NCBI GenBank assembly: GCA_963665095.1
Contig: OY762069.1
Span: 2,560,001-2,624,000, forward strand
Direction: 5' to 3'
Source of the DNA: an uncultured Desulfobacter sp.
GTDB taxonomy: Bacteria > Desulfobacterota > Desulfobacteria > Desulfobacterales > Desulfobacteraceae
DNA length: 64,000 bases
This document shows positions 62,526 through 64,000 of the stretch, piece after piece. Position 1 is the stretch's first letter; the number at the start of each line of letters is the position of its first letter. Both the position numbers and the translations under genes were made by a program. The notes under the pieces were generated by a model. It worked only from the letters and a program-made list of their open reading frames with translations, ran no database searches and had not been told where the DNA came from.

Positions 62526-62879
62526 TTATCTCCAAAAATTCCTTTTTCGCGAAGTAATATTACCACTCCCCACAGCCATCATAACTATGTCAATAACAAG
62601 AACAATGCCAAATGAAATGCCATCAAGAGCAGATCTAAGAAACAGTAAAAACAGTAACATAACTCCCCCTATTGCTAACAAATCAAGTCCAACCCCGCCA
62701 ATCTTATGGACATATCCTAAGCCTTGCATGAACTTCTTAGAGATATCACCTGCATCAGACTGTCTGTTATAATTATTAGTTACTTTCTTGGTATAATTAT
62801 TATTAGATTTTCTTTTTACCATGTTATTAAAATCTAAAATGATAACCCCTTTGTTGCGACCGGTGTGAACATGATACAT
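62526..62879 (-). CDS. Small membrane hypothetical protein (start probably 62822)
   Basis: Two hydrophobic segments. Confidence 0.45.
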   Translation of the reverse strand: MYHVHTGRNKGVIILDFNNMVKRKSNNNYTKKVTNNYNRQSDAGDISKKFMQGLGYVHKIGGVGLDLLAIGGVMLLFLLFLRSALDGISFGIVLVIDIVMMAVGSGNITSRKRNFWR

Positions 62880-63321
62880 AACAACCGGTATGAAAACGCA
62901 TAGTGATATACAAAAAAAATCCCTTTTAAAATGTCAATTTTTATAATTATTGGGTTAATTGGCGAAGAAAAAGAAGAATATTTTTAAAAATTATTTTTTT
63001 TGAAGAAAAATAACCGAATAAAAATTACATCTTCAAACCGGATGGTTTATTACATTTTCAGGTCGGTCCTTACACCCCTTTATATAATTTTAGAACTAAT
63101 CAAAGAATATAACCAAAAAGAAAAAACACTCACACAGCTTTATAAACAGGATAGGGCTATGAACAAAAAAGTTTTAAGCCCCCGATGGGCGTTTAAATCA
63201 AAGCAAATTCCTTATTTATAAACCCCACGGTCACTTTTCTGGTATTTTCCGTAATGGCAATTAAATATTGCACTTAGTTACCATTCCATAGGGGCAAAAC
63301 AGCTCCGGAGGATGATATAAG

Positions 63322-63972
63322 ATGGAAGAGACACTGATGTTTATAACCGTAGATCATAGCGGACCTCAACCATGCTGGAAAATCGGAGGCAAGTGGATGA
63401 GGGATGCTGGTTTCAAAATTGGAAAAAAGATGTTTGTTCAGATCCATGATGGCAAGATTGAGGTTGAGCAGCATCAAAACGACCAGAAGTTGCAAGACCC
63501 TGATAAGAGCTACATCAAAGGGAATTCCCATTACGACAAAAATGGGTATCAGGGCTATAAAGTAAACCTAAAACTGGAAAGGGATGATAAATATATGCCA
63601 GTCTACCTAAGCCAGCCGTACCAGGTGTATAATTTCCTAAAATCCCTTCAATATGAACCAAGGGAAAAGGTCTTATCCCTGATGCTGGATAACAAAAACA
63701 AGCTTGTCGGGGTCTATGAATCGTCAAAAGGCGGGATAGACTCCGCAAGCCTTTCTCCATACGAAGTTTTCCAGCCTGCATATCTTGCAAACAGTAAACG
63801 GCTGATCCTCGCACATAATCACCCGAGCGGTGATAGCGAGCCAAGCAGACAGGACATTGATATTACAGATAGACTCAAAAAGGCTGCTGATCTCAATAAT
63901 GTACAGCTGCTTGACCATATCGTCATCGGGTATGACCAGTACACTTCATTGAAAGAAAAAGGGTTGCTTTGA
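63322..63972 (+). CDS. radC: SymE/AbrB-like domain fused to a RadC JAB domain
   Basis: N-terminal KIGGKWMRDAGFKIGKKMFVQIHDGKIEV; C-terminal AHNHPSGDSEPSRQD, LLDHIVIG. Confidence 0.75.
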   Translation: MEETLMFITVDHSGPQPCWKIGGKWMRDAGFKIGKKMFVQIHDGKIEVEQHQNDQKLQDPDKSYIKGNSHYDKNGYQGYKVNLKLERDDKYMPVYLSQPYQVYNFLKSLQYEPREKVLSLMLDNKNKLVGVYESSKGGIDSASLSPYEVFQPAYLANSKRLILAHNHPSGDSEPSRQDIDITDRLKKAADLNNVQLLDHIVIGYDQYTSLKEKGLL

Positions 63973-64000
63973 AATGATGCATGAAAAAGATGCTGTAAAT

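Larger units (their letters stand above)
8136..64000. mobile_element. tRNA-integrated composite genomic/defence island (other end beyond the window)
   Basis: att-like tRNA fragment, visibly AT-richer DNA, integrase, ParB, ArdC, RadC, defence genes and IS elements. Confidence 0.75.

Overview
Bases 1-~8130 are ordinary host chromosome with a Desulfobacteraceae-like gene set (ABC substrate-binding protein, DUF6178-like protein, two-component genes, DUF2325 protein). At 8136-8145 there is a displaced tRNA 3' end (CGGGGAGCCA on the minus strand, tRNA-Asn-like) followed by a UUCG terminator. This marks the edge of a genomic island that runs past the end of the window. The island holds: (i) a tightly coupled operon of XRE regulator, Cas4-like PD-(D/E)XK nuclease, long prokaryotic Argonaute with an intact DEDD tetrad, a small protein, a HEXXH metallopeptidase and a PD-(D/E)XK nuclease. 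The Argonaute is split by a 3543-bp transposon with a 5-bp target duplication, and removing it restores a 784-aa frame; (ii) GmrSD, Gabija-like, type III R-M/DUF4391/SNF2 and NYN defence genes; (iii) an integrative-element backbone (XerA-like integrase, HerA/VirB4-like ATPase, ParB, two OB-fold proteins, ArdC, two RadC) with archaeal-style BRE/TATA promoters; (iv) a split, Sec-exported Rhs toxin locus rich in N-glycosylation sequons, whose toxin-tip/immunity cassettes are interleaved with an IS110 recombinase, a 146-bp structured repeat and a 32-bp Rhs-core repeat; (v) an IS66 element with an 8-bp target duplication splitting a second HEXXH gene. All family calls come from motif recognition by eye; no database searches were run.
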